This document shows positions 9,415 to 20,019 of a DNA stretch of 64,000 nt, in pieces. The stretch is taken from NCBI GenBank assembly GCA_965223005.1, contig CBDCVK010000010.1, positions 992,001 through 1,056,000 on the forward strand. Reading direction: 5' to 3'. The stretch is from Terriglobia bacterium. Its GTDB lineage: Bacteria > Acidobacteriota > Terriglobia > JAJPHL01 > JAPKYU01. Position 1 is the first letter of the stretch. The number at the start of each line of letters is the position of its first letter. The notes beneath the pieces are model-generated. The model did not search any database. It saw only the letters and a list, made by a program, of their open reading frames with translations, and was not told the origin of the DNA. Made by a program: the position numbers and the translations under genes.

Positions 9415-10875
9415 TCACGCTCCGGAAGTGCCGGAAGTTGTGGTGGCGCGTAAGGGTGGCGCCTGCCAGGCGCCCAAGCTCTCCTCCAGACGCGCGGCCA
9501 CAGCCAGCAGCAATTCTTCCTCGTAGGGGCGACCCACCAGTTGGACCCCGATGGGCAGGCCTTCGGGCGGACGGCTCACCGGCAGCACGACGGCAGGATT
9601 GCCCAGCAGGTTAAAGGTCTGAGCCGGCCCCATGGTGCTCCACATCCCGCTCAGTGTCTGGCCTTCGATGGTCCAGGATCGCTCGCCGTGGCGGAACGCG
9701 GGTATGGAACCGACCGGCGTCAGCAGCACCGGCACGTCCTCCATCTGCCGCAACAGCCAAGCGCGCATCTGGTCGCGTTCGGACCAGGCGTTGAGGAACT
9801 CGTCGTAAGTGATCGGACCCTCGTCTTCGGCCGCGGCCAAAAATTCTCTCGTGATGGCGTGCAACTGGCTTTCTCGTCCAGCCACAAAGGAACGAAATAG
9901 CGGCAGGCTGGCTCTGCCAAAAAACGTCCACCAGAGCTGGGGAGCGCGCTCCAGTGGGGCTGCCCGGAAAGGCTGGAGGTTGAATCCCTGTCGGCGTAGG
10001 GCTTCAGCGGCTGTTTGCACGGCGACCCGAGTTTCCGGCGTCACCGGCGCCACACCGTCATCCTCGTAAAAGCCGATGCGCAGGTTGCGGGTAACCCGGC
10101 GAGTTGTTTCCTCCGGAGAGGGAACCGGCAGCGGGACCGACATGGCATCGTCAGGATCCGGACCGGCCAGAACCTCGAACAGCAGGCGGACGTCCGCCAC
10201 CGCGCGCGCCATGGGTCCCACCACCCCCAGCAGGGCAAACGGCCCCACCAGCGCCGGAAAAAGTCCGGAGCCGGGAATGCGCCCCGGCGTGGGCTTTAGG
10301 CCCACAATGCCGCAAAAGTGGGCGGGGACGCGAACCGAGCCGCCGCCATCGGTGCCCAAGCCCCCGGCCGAGCAGCCCGACGCGATTGCGGCGGCTTCGC
10401 CTCCGCTGGAACCGCCGGGCGTACGGGCCAGGTCCCAGGGGTTGGCGGCGCGCCCCGTAATCAGGTTGTCGGTTTCGTAGGCAACAAGCAGGTCCGGAAC
10501 GTTGGTCTTGCCTAGAAGAATGGCGCCCGAAGCCCGCAGGCGTGCCACCACCGGGGCATCGCGCGCGGGCAGAAACCCGGTTCGCAGTCGGCAGCCACTC
10601 TGGGTCGGGATGCCGGCGGTCTCGATGCAGTCCTTGACCGTGACCGGCACGCCGTGCAACGGCCCTAGATTGTAGCCGCGCCGGACGGCCGATTCGGCCT
10701 GCCTCGCCTCCCGCTGGGCTTCTTCGTTCAGCACGGTGGCAAAGGCCCGCAGCTCCTGGTTCACATCCCGAATCCGCGCCAGGTGGGCTTCCACCAGTTC
10801 CACCGGGGAAACCTGACCGCTTCTGACCAGCTCGGCCATGCGCGTGGCGGATTCGAAGATCAGCTCGGAAGGCAC
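9415..10875 (-). CDS. Amidase signature family protein
   Basis: [35 protein letters not shown]; probable start GTG 10875. Confidence 0.95.
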   Translation of the reverse strand: MPSELIFESATRMAELVRSGQVSPVELVEAHLARIRDVNQELRAFATVLNEEAQREARQAESAVRRGYNLGPLHGVPVTVKDCIETAGIPTQSGCRLRTGFLPARDAPVVARLRASGAILLGKTNVPDLLVAYETDNLITGRAANPWDLARTPGGSSGGEAAAIASGCSAGGLGTDGGGSVRVPAHFCGIVGLKPTPGRIPGSGLFPALVGPFALLGVVGPMARAVADVRLLFEVLAGPDPDDAMSVPLPVPSPEETTRRVTRNLRIGFYEDDGVAPVTPETRVAVQTAAEALRRQGFNLQPFRAAPLERAPQLWWTFFGRASLPLFRSFVAGRESQLHAITREFLAAAEDEGPITYDEFLNAWSERDQMRAWLLRQMEDVPVLLTPVGSIPAFRHGERSWTIEGQTLSGMWSTMGPAQTFNLLGNPAVVLPVSRPPEGLPIGVQLVGRPYEEELLLAVAARLEESLGAWQAPPLRATTTSGTSGA

Positions 10876-10970
10876 CGGCACATTGTATCCCTACAGTAGA
10901 AACTTCCGCGCGCTGTACCCGGGAAAAGCGCGCCATGGCCGGCGGCACGCTGGAGTACAATCAAAATTCG

Positions 10971-13196
10971 ATGTCCTTGTTGGAGCAGCTCAACCAGCAA
11001 CAACGCGAGGCGGTGACGGCCACCGAAGGGCCGTTGCTCGTGCTGGCGGGAGCAGGCTCCGGAAAAACCCGTGTCATCGCCTACCGCATCGCTTACTTGA
11101 TGGATGATCTGGCTGTGCAGCCGGAAAACATCCTGGCCGTCACCTTCACCAACAAGGCGGCCGACGAGATGCGGCTGCGCGTGCAGTCGCTCGTGGGATG
11201 CCAAGTGGCGCGCATGCCCTGGATTTCCACCTTCCATTCCTTCTGCGTGCGGGTGCTGCGCCGGGACGGTCCCGCCGCCGGCATTTCGCGCGAGTTCACC
11301 ATCTACGATGAGGACGAGCAATTGGCGATCGTCCGCAAGGCGATGAAGGAGCTGTCCCTGGACGAGCAGTTTATGCGGGCGCGCGCGGTGCTGACTCGCA
11401 TCAGCCATGGCAAGAACCACGGGATCAGCCCGCAGGTTTTCCGCGACACGGCCTCCGACCCGCGCAGCGAGCAGTTGGCGACGATCTACGAGCATTACCA
11501 GGCCGTGCTGCGACGCTCCAACGCCCTCGATTTCGACGACCTGCTGCTCGAAGCCGTGCGCTTGCTGGCCACCAGCCAGGAGAGCGCGGCCAAGTACAAC
11601 CAGCGTTTCCAACACGTGCTGGTGGACGAGTATCAAGATATCAACCGCCCCCAGTACGAACTAGTCCGGCTGCTCACTCGGCTGCACCGCAACCTGTGCG
11701 TGGTGGGCGACGAGGACCAGTCCATTTACGGCTGGCGCGGGGCTGAGCTGCGCAACATCTTAGAGTTTGAGCAGGATTTTCCAGAGGCGCGCATGATTCG
11801 CCTGGAGCAGAACTACCGCTCGTCAAAAACCATCCTGGCGGCGGCCAGCGCCGTGGTGGCTCACAACGAATCCCGCATTGGCAAGACATTGTGGACAGAA
11901 AACCAGCAGGGCGAAGGAGTGGGCCTGTATGAGGCTCCCGACGCCGAAAACGAAGCGCTGTTCGTGGCGGATTGGGTAGCGCGCTACCTTGCGACAAATC
12001 CCGAGGGACGTGCCGCGGTGCTCTTCCGCTCCAGCGCGCGGCTACGCCCCCTGGAAGAAGCCATGCGGCGCTACGGCCTAAAGTACCGCGTGGTCGCTGG
12101 TACCAGTTTTTACGAGCGGGCCGAGATCAAGGATCTGCTGTCTTACCTGAAGTTCGCGCGAAATCCCGACGATTCCCTCAGCCTGCTGCGTATTATCAAT
12201 ATTCCTCCTCGGGGCATCGGCAAGAAAACGGTGGAGCAATTGGAGGGTTACGCGCTGGAGCACAGCTTGGCGCTGTGGCTGGCGCTGGAAGGAGTGCTGA
12301 AGGCAAAGCTGTTGCGGGGGCCTAAGCATGAGACCTTGGCCGAATTCCGCAGGCTGGCCGAAGACTTGATAGCGCTGGTTCAGGCAGAGGCCCCGGCCAC
12401 TGAATTGCTGCGCGCCGTGCTCGACCGCACCGGCTATGTGACCCGACTGGAAGAGGAGGGCACGCCCGAGGCCAGCAGCCGCGTGGAGAACATCCAGGAA
12501 TTGCTGAATGCGGCCCAGGACAGCGTGGAGCGTGGCGAAACACTGGCCGAATTCCTGGATCACTCCGCCCTGGTCGCGGAAGTCGACGACTACGACGAGC
12601 GCGCGGCCATCACGCTGATGACGCTGCATGCCGCCAAGGGCCTGGAGTTCCCCGTGGTCTTCCTGGTGGGTCTGGAGGAGGGACTGTTTCCCCACAGCCG
12701 CTCCGTGCAGGGCCCGGCTGGCGTAGAAGAGGAGCGGCGGCTCTGCTATGTGGGAATGACGCGGGCTCAGCAGCGGCTGATCCTGACCCGCGCCGAGTTC
12801 CGTCGCCACTACGGCACCGCACTGCAGGATGAGACCGAGCCTTCCCGGTTCCTGGAAGAGATCCCGCGCGAACTACTGGAGAACCTGGGCGGGCCGCGGC
12901 GGCGGAAGGTGACAGCAACCTACAGCGGTCCCGCTTACAATTCGGTACAGGACGTCGCAAGGTTCCTTGAGGCCCGCGGGATCCGCTCCCGATCAAGCTC
13001 AAAAGGGCTGCCGGTCGAGCCAACACGGGGCGACTCGGCGATTCGACTGGGCCAGCGGGTCCGCCATTCCAAGTTCGGCGTAGGCACTGTGGTGCACCGC
13101 GAGGGCGATGGCGCAGAAGCGAAGGTGACCGTCTCGTTCCCGGACTACGGGTTGAGGAAACTGGTGCAAAAGTACGCCGGCCTGGAGAAGGCCTAG
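10971..13196 (+). CDS. pcrA: ATP-dependent DNA helicase PcrA/UvrD
   Basis: AGAGSGKT, VDEYQD, TLHAAKGLEF, EERRLCYVGMTRA and C-terminal Tudor-like domain. Confidence 0.96.
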   Translation: MSLLEQLNQQQREAVTATEGPLLVLAGAGSGKTRVIAYRIAYLMDDLAVQPENILAVTFTNKAADEMRLRVQSLVGCQVARMPWISTFHSFCVRVLRRDGPAAGISREFTIYDEDEQLAIVRKAMKELSLDEQFMRARAVLTRISHGKNHGISPQVFRDTASDPRSEQLATIYEHYQAVLRRSNALDFDDLLLEAVRLLATSQESAAKYNQRFQHVLVDEYQDINRPQYELVRLLTRLHRNLCVVGDEDQSIYGWRGAELRNILEFEQDFPEARMIRLEQNYRSSKTILAAASAVVAHNESRIGKTLWTENQQGEGVGLYEAPDAENEALFVADWVARYLATNPEGRAAVLFRSSARLRPLEEAMRRYGLKYRVVAGTSFYERAEIKDLLSYLKFARNPDDSLSLLRIINIPPRGIGKKTVEQLEGYALEHSLALWLALEGVLKAKLLRGPKHETLAEFRRLAEDLIALVQAEAPATELLRAVLDRTGYVTRLEEEGTPEASSRVENIQELLNAAQDSVERGETLAEFLDHSALVAEVDDYDERAAITLMTLHAAKGLEFPVVFLVGLEEGLFPHSRSVQGPAGVEEERRLCYVGMTRAQQRLILTRAEFRRHYGTALQDETEPSRFLEEIPRELLENLGGPRRRKVTATYSGPAYNSVQDVARFLEARGIRSRSSSKGLPVEPTRGDSAIRLGQRVRHSKFGVGTVVHREGDGAEAKVTVSFPDYGLRKLVQKYAGLEKA

Positions 13197-13252
13197 GGGA
13201 GTAACTGGTAGCTCGCGGTTAGTAGAGACTACAGGCTACAATCGACAAACTT

Positions 13253-13414
13253 ATGGACACAAAACAACTCGCACGCGAAGAGCGCAAGAAAGCCAAGCGC
13301 GCAGGGCGCAAGGCGCGCAAGATCAAGTCTCCCAAACCGAAATCTTCTGCCGAGCGCGGCTCCCGGAAGCGGAAGCCGAGGAAGAGAGGCCCGGGTCTGG
13401 CGCGGAGGCGTTAG
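13253..13414 (+). CDS. Small very basic hypothetical protein (53 aa)
   Basis: Hand-translated MDTKQLAREERKKAKRAGRKARKIKSPKPKSSAERGSRKRKPRKRGPGLARRR; below the ORF-track size cutoff. Confidence 0.65.
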   Translation: MDTKQLAREERKKAKRAGRKARKIKSPKPKSSAERGSRKRKPRKRGPGLARRR

Positions 13415-13536
13415 CGAGGATTGGCTTCGCAACTGCTTCGCACCAAATCCGTCGAGCTCCGCTCGGTGAACCCCGGGACGCAACGGAAGGACGGCATCCA
13501 ACTGCCTGCTTCTTGATGTGTTCCCCGTGGTGCATA

Positions 13537-14331
13537 TTACTTGCGCACGCCGAAGTCCCAGAGGAGGAGGTTCAGGTCATTGCCGAGGAATTCCACTACG
13601 GCGTATTCGCCGGAGCGGAGGGGTTCTTGCGGAACGAGCCGGAAGACGTTGAGGGTTACGGTCTCCACCGTCAGGGGAATAGAGTCGCCCGCGTGGGTCG
13701 GTTTACCGCTGAAGACCCGCAACAGAATCGCTTCCACGCGGCGCTTGTCGCCCTTGGGCTTCAGGCGCAGGAGCGCGTAGCGCGAGTCGCCGCGCGCCCG
13801 CCCGTTGGCAAACAGCCCCTCAGGCGACTTCTCCAGCTGCAGTGTCGCGCGGGCGCCAGGGATCTCGACAAGGGTGCGATGTTTCAGTAGCGGCACAGGC
13901 AGCAGGATGTTGGTCAACATCCGTCCCTTGTCGGTGCGCACCGACGCCTGGTGCTGCGGCAGCTCCCGCACCTTTCCGTTTTCCACCACGAACAGGCCGT
14001 CTTTGTCGGGAAGATGCAGACCGGGCGCGATCTCGAAACCCGGTTCGTCAGCCGACGGCGAGCGGTCCGGCGTGGCGGCTTCTTCGGCCTTCTGGAGAAC
14101 CTCCGCCTGTTCCTTCCGGTTTCGTTCTTCGGTAGCTTTCCAATCCACCAGGGAAGTCGGCATCTCTTCCCATTGATTGCGCTCCAGGCTGAAGTAGCGG
14201 ACGCGGTCACCCTGAAGCTGGTAGCTGCGCACGAGTTGGTCGCTGCCGTCTTTCAGCACCAGCTTCTGCCCGGCAGCCAGAGCGAGGAGGCTCACCGCCA
14301 GGGCCAGCACAAAGCTTCGGAGCACGGGCAT
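13537..14331 (-). CDS. Exported hypothetical protein
   Basis: Signal peptide MPVLRSFVLALAVSLLALAAG; KLVLKDGSDQLV. Confidence 0.75.
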   Translation of the reverse strand: MPVLRSFVLALAVSLLALAAGQKLVLKDGSDQLVRSYQLQGDRVRYFSLERNQWEEMPTSLVDWKATEERNRKEQAEVLQKAEEAATPDRSPSADEPGFEIAPGLHLPDKDGLFVVENGKVRELPQHQASVRTDKGRMLTNILLPVPLLKHRTLVEIPGARATLQLEKSPEGLFANGRARGDSRYALLRLKPKGDKRRVEAILLRVFSGKPTHAGDSIPLTVETVTLNVFRLVPQEPLRSGEYAVVEFLGNDLNLLLWDFGVRK

Positions 14332-14386
14332 ACCCAAGTGAAAGACGGGGCGAGGCGTCGGCTGGTTCCGATATGATGGCATCCCC

Positions 14387-15331
14387 TTGACGGATCTCGA
14401 AAAGTTCATCGTCTCACTGCCCAAAGCCGAAGTCCACTTGCACCTGGAGGGCTCGGTGGACCTGGAAACGCTGCGAGAGTTGGCCGTGCGGCACGGCCTC
14501 CCGCCTCCGCCGGTTGATCTTTATGAGTTCAGGGACTTCCCAGGTTTCCTGGCGGCATTTAAAACGGTCTGCCAGTACTTGCGCAGTCCCGAAGACTACG
14601 AGCTTATCACCTGCCGGCTGATGCGGCGCCTGCAGGCTGCGGGAGTAAGCTACACGGAAATCTATCTGGCCGCTGGTGTGCTGCTGTGGCAGAACAGGCC
14701 GCTCGAAGAGCTATTCGAAGGGGCGCGTGCCGGCTGGCGCCGGGGCCAACAGGAAGGCGAAATCGAAGTGCGGTGGATTTTCGACGCGACCCGCCAGTTC
14801 GGCCCGGAGGCGGCCATGCAGATGGCCCGCCGGGCGGTGCAGCTACGCGACCGCGGCGTGGTTGCCATCGGCATCGGCGGCGACGAGGCCCAGGCTCCAC
14901 CCGAGCTGTTCCGCGAAGTCTACGATTACGCGCGGAGTGAAGGACTGCGGCTGACTGCACATGCCGGCGAAACCACGGGCCCGGAATCTGTCTGGGGAGC
15001 TTTGCGCGCCCTGGGATCAGAGCGCATCGGCCACGGCCTGAGCGCCATCCGCGACCCCCAATTGGTAACCTACCTGGCCGAGAGGCAAGTCCCCGTAGAC
15101 GTGTGCCTGTCCAGCAACCTGCGCACCGGCGTCCTGGAGAGCCTCCCACAGCACCCGCTACGCCGCTTCTTCGACGCAGGAATGTTAGTTTCGCTTTCCA
15201 CCGACGATCCGAGCATGTTTGAGACCGAACTGGTACGCGAGTATGCGCTCGCCCATGACGCGCTCGGCTTCAGCCGCGACGAACTACGCCGCTTGGCGGA
15301 GAACTCATTCCGGGCGGCTTTTACGCCGTAG
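14387..15331 (+). CDS. add: Adenosine/adenine deaminase
   Basis: PKAEVHLHLEGS, HAGE, RIGHG, STDDP. Confidence 0.93.
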   Translation: MTDLEKFIVSLPKAEVHLHLEGSVDLETLRELAVRHGLPPPPVDLYEFRDFPGFLAAFKTVCQYLRSPEDYELITCRLMRRLQAAGVSYTEIYLAAGVLLWQNRPLEELFEGARAGWRRGQQEGEIEVRWIFDATRQFGPEAAMQMARRAVQLRDRGVVAIGIGGDEAQAPPELFREVYDYARSEGLRLTAHAGETTGPESVWGALRALGSERIGHGLSAIRDPQLVTYLAERQVPVDVCLSSNLRTGVLESLPQHPLRRFFDAGMLVSLSTDDPSMFETELVREYALAHDALGFSRDELRRLAENSFRAAFTP

Positions 15332-15391
15332 TATACTTTGGTCCCTCAGGCTCATTTGTCGGGCTAAACCAGTACCGGCTGAAAGCTATCC

Positions 15392-17005
15392 ATGCAACAT
15401 CCCGACCTGCCTGTGGGCGAGGTTTTGCGGCGGGCGGCACGTGATCATCCCGACCGGCTGGCGCTGGTGGCCCACTCGCCTTTTGGCGCCTCGAAAACGA
15501 ATCTCCGCTGGACATTTAGCGAACTCGACCAATGGGCCGACGTCTACGCCCGCGGGGCGATGGCCGCCGGACTGGAGAAGGGCGACTGTGCCGCAGTCTG
15601 GGTCACCAACATCGCCGAGTGGGTGCTGCTGGAGTTTGCCCTGGCCCGCGCCGGCGTAGTGCTGGTCACGGTGAACACCGCGTTCAAGGAGGCTGAGGTC
15701 GAGTATTTGCTGCGGCAATCGGAATCGAACGCGTTGTTCTTCGGCCCAGGTTTCCGCGACGTGAGCTACCCGCAGGTTCTGGCGTCCCTGCCGCCTCTGC
15801 CCGAGCTGCGTCAGAAATATTTTTTAGGGCCGGCGGCGCCCAACGGGGCTCTGTCGTTTCGCCATCTGGAGCAGCTCGCCGGGCGCGTATCCGCTGCTGA
15901 ACTTCGTCGGCGCGAACAGTCGCTCGAGCTCGACGATTTGATCAACATGCAGTACACCTCCGGAACGACCGGCTTCCCGAAGGGCGTGATGCTTACGCAT
16001 CGCAACATAGTGAACAACGGCCACTGGGTCGGCGTCGCGCTCGGGCTGACCTCGGACGACCGCGTCTGCGTCCCCGTGCCTCTGTTCCACTGCTTCGGTT
16101 GCGTGATCGGCGTTCTGGGCGGCTACACGCATTCGGCCGGCCTGGCCCTGGTGGAAAAGTTTGATCCCGTTCGAGTGCTGCAGACGATTCACCGCGAGCG
16201 CTGCACGGCCGTGCTGGGCGTGCCGACCATGTTTCTGGCGGAGATGGACCACCCGGATTTTCCCCAGTTCGATTTGACGTGCCTCCGCACCGGGGTGATG
16301 GCCGGCTCGGTCTGTCCGGCGACCATGGTGCGCCGGGTGATGGAACAGATGCATATCCCTGAGCTAACAATCGCCTACGGTCTCACCGAAGCCTCGCCCG
16401 TCATCACGCAGACCCGGCCTCAGGACCCTCTGGAAAAGCGGCTCGTTACGGTCGGCCGCGCGCTGCCGCATGTCGAGGCCAAAATTGTCGATCCGGCCAC
16501 GATGGAGGAGCTTCCTTCCGGCCGGCAAGGGGAGTTGGTTGCCCGGGGCTACCTGGTGATGAAGGGCTACTACAACAATCCGAAGGCCACCGAGGAGGCG
16601 ATTACGCACGATGGCTGGCTGCACAGTGGCGACCTGGCCACCCGGGACGCGGAGGGTTATTTCACCATTACCGGGCGCCTGAAGGAGATGATCATCCGCG
16701 GCGGCGAGAACATTTACCCGAAGGAAATCGAGGAGCTATTGCGCACGCATCCGAAGGTCAGCGACGTGGCCGTATTCGGCGTGCCGAACGACCGGCTCGG
16801 CGAGGAAGTGGCGGCGGCCGTGCGCCTGAAGGTTGGTGCGGTGGATGCCGAGGAAATTCGCGATTTTGTCCGCGCCCGCATTGCTGCTTTCAAGGTCCCC
16901 CGCTACATCCATTTCGTGGAGGGTTTTCCTCAGACCGCCAGCGGCAAGGTCCAGAAATTCCGTCTGCGGGAGATGTTCAGCTCCGCAGCCCAAACCCGCG
17001 GCTAG
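15392..17005 (+). CDS. AMP-binding acyl-CoA synthetase
   Basis: YTSGTTGFPKG, YGLTE, SGDL, GKVQK. Confidence 0.95.
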   Translation: MQHPDLPVGEVLRRAARDHPDRLALVAHSPFGASKTNLRWTFSELDQWADVYARGAMAAGLEKGDCAAVWVTNIAEWVLLEFALARAGVVLVTVNTAFKEAEVEYLLRQSESNALFFGPGFRDVSYPQVLASLPPLPELRQKYFLGPAAPNGALSFRHLEQLAGRVSAAELRRREQSLELDDLINMQYTSGTTGFPKGVMLTHRNIVNNGHWVGVALGLTSDDRVCVPVPLFHCFGCVIGVLGGYTHSAGLALVEKFDPVRVLQTIHRERCTAVLGVPTMFLAEMDHPDFPQFDLTCLRTGVMAGSVCPATMVRRVMEQMHIPELTIAYGLTEASPVITQTRPQDPLEKRLVTVGRALPHVEAKIVDPATMEELPSGRQGELVARGYLVMKGYYNNPKATEEAITHDGWLHSGDLATRDAEGYFTITGRLKEMIIRGGENIYPKEIEELLRTHPKVSDVAVFGVPNDRLGEEVAAAVRLKVGAVDAEEIRDFVRARIAAFKVPRYIHFVEGFPQTASGKVQKFRLREMFSSAAQTRG

Positions 17006-17014
17006 CACCAGGAC

Positions 17015-17623
17015 ATGGCGCAGGAACGATCCGGACAGGTACAGGCGAGCTTGGCCCAGCGGCTGCGGCGGGCAGCCCTGTTTATCCTGTTTTCCCTGGT
17101 TTTGCTGATCCCCAAGGGCCTGGCCCTGCGCCGGCGCCACCGCTGGTGGAACCTCCTCCGTTTTGTTGTGGCCCTGATCGGAATCTTCCTGCTCGCGGAC
17201 CAGGGAGCATCCACGAGCCAGCTCCTGCTTGGGATATCGCTGCTGTTGCTGGCCCTATTCGTGCGCCCGGCGCGGGGAAAAAGATCCGTGGACGAGCAGG
17301 CGCGCGAGCTGGGAGCCTTGGTTGTGCTCAATGGTGGGAGATTCAGCCGGACTGGCAAGCGGCCGCGCCCGGTGCGGCTGTTCCTGGCCCCGGAGGCCTT
17401 GCATGTGCTCGACCTGGAGCACCAGCCCCTTCTCGAAGTCCCCGTTGGCTCGGTTTCCTCAGTTCGGGCGGAACCGACCACGCCGGGCTGGCGGTTGGTC
17501 ATCTGCTTCGGGGAATCCCGCGTGGAATTCCACTATGATGATTTCTTCGCCGAACACCTGGCCCGGACCGCAGAAACCACCCTGCGCAGCCAGCTCCACC
17601 GCGAGCTGCCAGTTGTGAGATAA
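17015..17623 (+). CDS. Hypothetical membrane protein
   Basis: Three TM segments followed by a soluble domain; co-oriented with the upstream gene. Confidence 0.7.
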   Translation: MAQERSGQVQASLAQRLRRAALFILFSLVLLIPKGLALRRRHRWWNLLRFVVALIGIFLLADQGASTSQLLLGISLLLLALFVRPARGKRSVDEQARELGALVVLNGGRFSRTGKRPRPVRLFLAPEALHVLDLEHQPLLEVPVGSVSSVRAEPTTPGWRLVICFGESRVEFHYDDFFAEHLARTAETTLRSQLHRELPVVR

Positions 17624-17676
17624 GTTGTGAGCCGGTTCTGAGGCCAGTTGTGAGGCCGTTGGGAGGCCGTTGTGAG
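17608..17676 (+). repeat. Six degenerate 11-12 bp tandem units (core GTTGTGAG)
   Basis: gccagttgtgag ataagttgtgag ccggttctgag gccagttgtgag gccgttgggag gccgttgtgag. Confidence 0.85.
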
Positions 17677-17735
17677 GTAGGATAGAGGCCCATCAATTTT
17701 GGAGTAGCTCTGGAGTAGGTCTGGAGGAGGAGACA

Positions 17736-18197
17736 ATGGCTAAAGGAAAACCCACTCATGCCCAGGGGCAACTGCAACTGCAACTGTACGATTTGCGGCG
17801 GGAGGCCAGGATTCGCCAAGCCCGAGAGTGGTACCTCGAAAACTTCTTTCCCGAGACCATGGAAGACCTACAGCGGCTGGCCCCGCCGTTCTCTCAGGAA
17901 AACGTCTCTATGCGCATGGTAGTCAGCTATTGGGACCAGGCTTGCCTGTTGCTGAACAACGGCCTGCTGCATGAAGAGCTGTTCTTTCAAACCGGCGGCG
18001 AGTTCTTTCGGGTGTGGGAGCGCATGGAGCCGCTGGTGGGTGCTATGCGGCAAGGATTCCGCAACCCTCACATGTTCTCGAACCTGGAGAAGGCGGCACA
18101 ACGCTACAAGAAATGGTCCGAGCGGCGGGCCCCCGGTTCGCTGGAGACGATGCGGCAATACATGCAGCAATCGCGCAAAGCAGCGGCGGCCGATTGA
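17736..18197 (+). CDS. DUF4760-like hypothetical protein
   Basis: Strong RBS; LYDLRREARIRQAREW...MVVSYWD pattern. Confidence 0.75.
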   Translation: MAKGKPTHAQGQLQLQLYDLRREARIRQAREWYLENFFPETMEDLQRLAPPFSQENVSMRMVVSYWDQACLLLNNGLLHEELFFQTGGEFFRVWERMEPLVGAMRQGFRNPHMFSNLEKAAQRYKKWSERRAPGSLETMRQYMQQSRKAAAAD

Positions 18198-18293
18198 AAC
18201 GTCGACCCGATGTTAGTCCACCTGCGCTCAAGCGGTCAGAGCGCGCAGGCGCAAAGCGATATTCGACCCCTTTGTGAAGGAGGAGAACGGAAC

Positions 18294-18872
18294 ATGAAGC
18301 GAGCAGCCTTGAGTGCTCTAGTCCTGGTTTGTCTGTTGGGCTCCGGTGCGGTTGGGGAGTTCGCCAGCGCTGGCGAGTCTCATTCGCCACCGAAGGCCAC
18401 CGGGTTCCGCGCCGAGTTCCTTAACCAACTCGACGGGGTGGAAAAGAAGCTCCTAGACCTTGCTGAGGCCATGCCCGAGGAGAAATACACCTGGCGGCCG
18501 GGGGAGGGAGTCCGGTCGGTGAGCGAGGCCTACATGCACGTGGCTGGGGCGAACTTCTTCCTGACGGGGATGATTGGCGTCGATCCCCCGGCCGACGTGG
18601 GTCGCGACCTGGAGAAAATCACCGACAAGGCCAAGGTCCTGGAGTTGCTGAAACAGTCATTTGAGCATGTCCGTCAGGCGGCGCTGAAGACCCCCGACGC
18701 TGAGATGGACAAGCCGGTGAAGATGTTTGGCCGTCAGACCACCGTGCGGGGCGTGTTCCTACTACTGGCCTTGCACCAGCACGAGCATCTGGGCCAGGCG
18801 ATCGCCTACGCGCGGATGAATAGCATTGTGCCGCCGTGGAGCGCGGCACGCCAGCGCCAAGAAGGCGAGTGA
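18294..18872 (+). CDS. Exported DinB-family protein
   Basis: AGGAGG RBS, signal peptide, AMPEEKYTWRP, HVAG, HQHEHLGQ. Confidence 0.88.
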   Translation: MKRAALSALVLVCLLGSGAVGEFASAGESHSPPKATGFRAEFLNQLDGVEKKLLDLAEAMPEEKYTWRPGEGVRSVSEAYMHVAGANFFLTGMIGVDPPADVGRDLEKITDKAKVLELLKQSFEHVRQAALKTPDAEMDKPVKMFGRQTTVRGVFLLLALHQHEHLGQAIAYARMNSIVPPWSAARQRQEGE

Positions 18873-18957
18873 CGAGGTTCGCCAACGGACGTCCATCTCT
18901 GGAAACACATCTGGTGCTGGAAACACAAACCTGGCGCTGGAATACGACCTGCAGCTT

Positions 18958-20019
18958 TCAGCGGACGTAGTCGCCGGACAGGCCCCAGAAGTCTTTGGCG
19001 TAATAGGAAGAGAGGACGTTGCCGAACAGGTAGCAGATCGCGTGGCAGGCGGGAATGTCGCCGTACATTTTCTTGCCACGTGCAAAGACTTTCGTGAAGG
19101 ATCCCTCCCGGAGCAGGTTCCCGCCGATTTTCTTCAGCGGTTCGCAGGGATAAAACACATCGCCGTTGGGATACACGCGGGGGAACATGGTGGGGAAGCA
19201 CTGAAAGTCTCCGAACTCGAGCAGAGTGCGGATCAGCTTGGGGGTGCCGTTGATGGTCTGGAGTTTCTGGCGGCGGCGCTCGATGATCCTGTCCACTAGT
19301 TGCCGGTAGCGTGGGCTGGCGAGCAGCCGCAGGTTCGGCATCTTGTCTTTCAGCGCGGTCTGGGTGGCGAAGACGAACCCGTGCTCGCCACAGTAGTCCA
19401 GGATGCGCTCGATCTCCGCGATGTTCCACTCCTCGATCACGGTACTGACGGTGATGGTGCCCGGCGAAGGCATACGCGAGCGGGCCAGTTGCAGATTCTC
19501 CAGCACCTTGGGCACCACCGCCGACTTCGACATGGGCAGGCGGGTGTCCATGGCGAGCGCGTCCAGGCTGACCACCAGGCCGGTGAGCGAGTCGAACAGC
19601 TTTTGGCGGCGGTGCAGCAACGTGCCGTTGGTGACCAGCAGGACCGAACGAAACCGGATGTCGTGCCTGGCGGCGTCGGCCAGATCTTCCATGTCGTTGC
19701 GCAGCAGGGGCTCGCCGCCGGTGAACAGAATCGAATCGGTTTCTCGGCGCATGATGCCGAGCAGCCGGATCGTGTCTGCGGTGGACAGCTCGTCGCTAAA
19801 TACGTCCGGTTCCTTCTGCGTGCAGTAGGTGCAGGCCAGGTTGCACTTGTGGGTCACGTAGAGCACCGCGGCATAGGGGGCAATGACGTTCGTGCGCAGT
19901 ATCTTACGGCGGTACAGGTTCTGGAAGTAGTGCCGGAAATTCTTCAGTGCAAACGGAGCATGGCGCACCAGGCCTCGCAGCAGGGTGATGCCCAAGCGCT
20001 GGGTTTTCCCATTGTGCAT
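18958..20019 (-). CDS. Radical SAM protein with C-terminal Cys (twitch/SPASM-like) region
   Basis: CNLACTYC, TGGEPLL, TNG; C-terminal CFP...YPCE...CHAIC. Confidence 0.92.
   Translation of the reverse strand: MHNGKTQRLGITLLRGLVRHAPFALKNFRHYFQNLYRRKILRTNVIAPYAAVLYVTHKCNLACTYCTQKEPDVFSDELSTADTIRLLGIMRRETDSILFTGGEPLLRNDMEDLADAARHDIRFRSVLLVTNGTLLHRRQKLFDSLTGLVVSLDALAMDTRLPMSKSAVVPKVLENLQLARSRMPSPGTITVSTVIEEWNIAEIERILDYCGEHGFVFATQTALKDKMPNLRLLASPRYRQLVDRIIERRRQKLQTINGTPKLIRTLLEFGDFQCFPTMFPRVYPNGDVFYPCEPLKKIGGNLLREGSFTKVFARGKKMYGDIPACHAICYLFGNVLSSYYAKDFWGLSGDYVR

Noticed and set aside
17608-17676. Possible CRISPR array
   Set aside because: Units are 11-12 bp and contiguous, with no spacers and no cas genes
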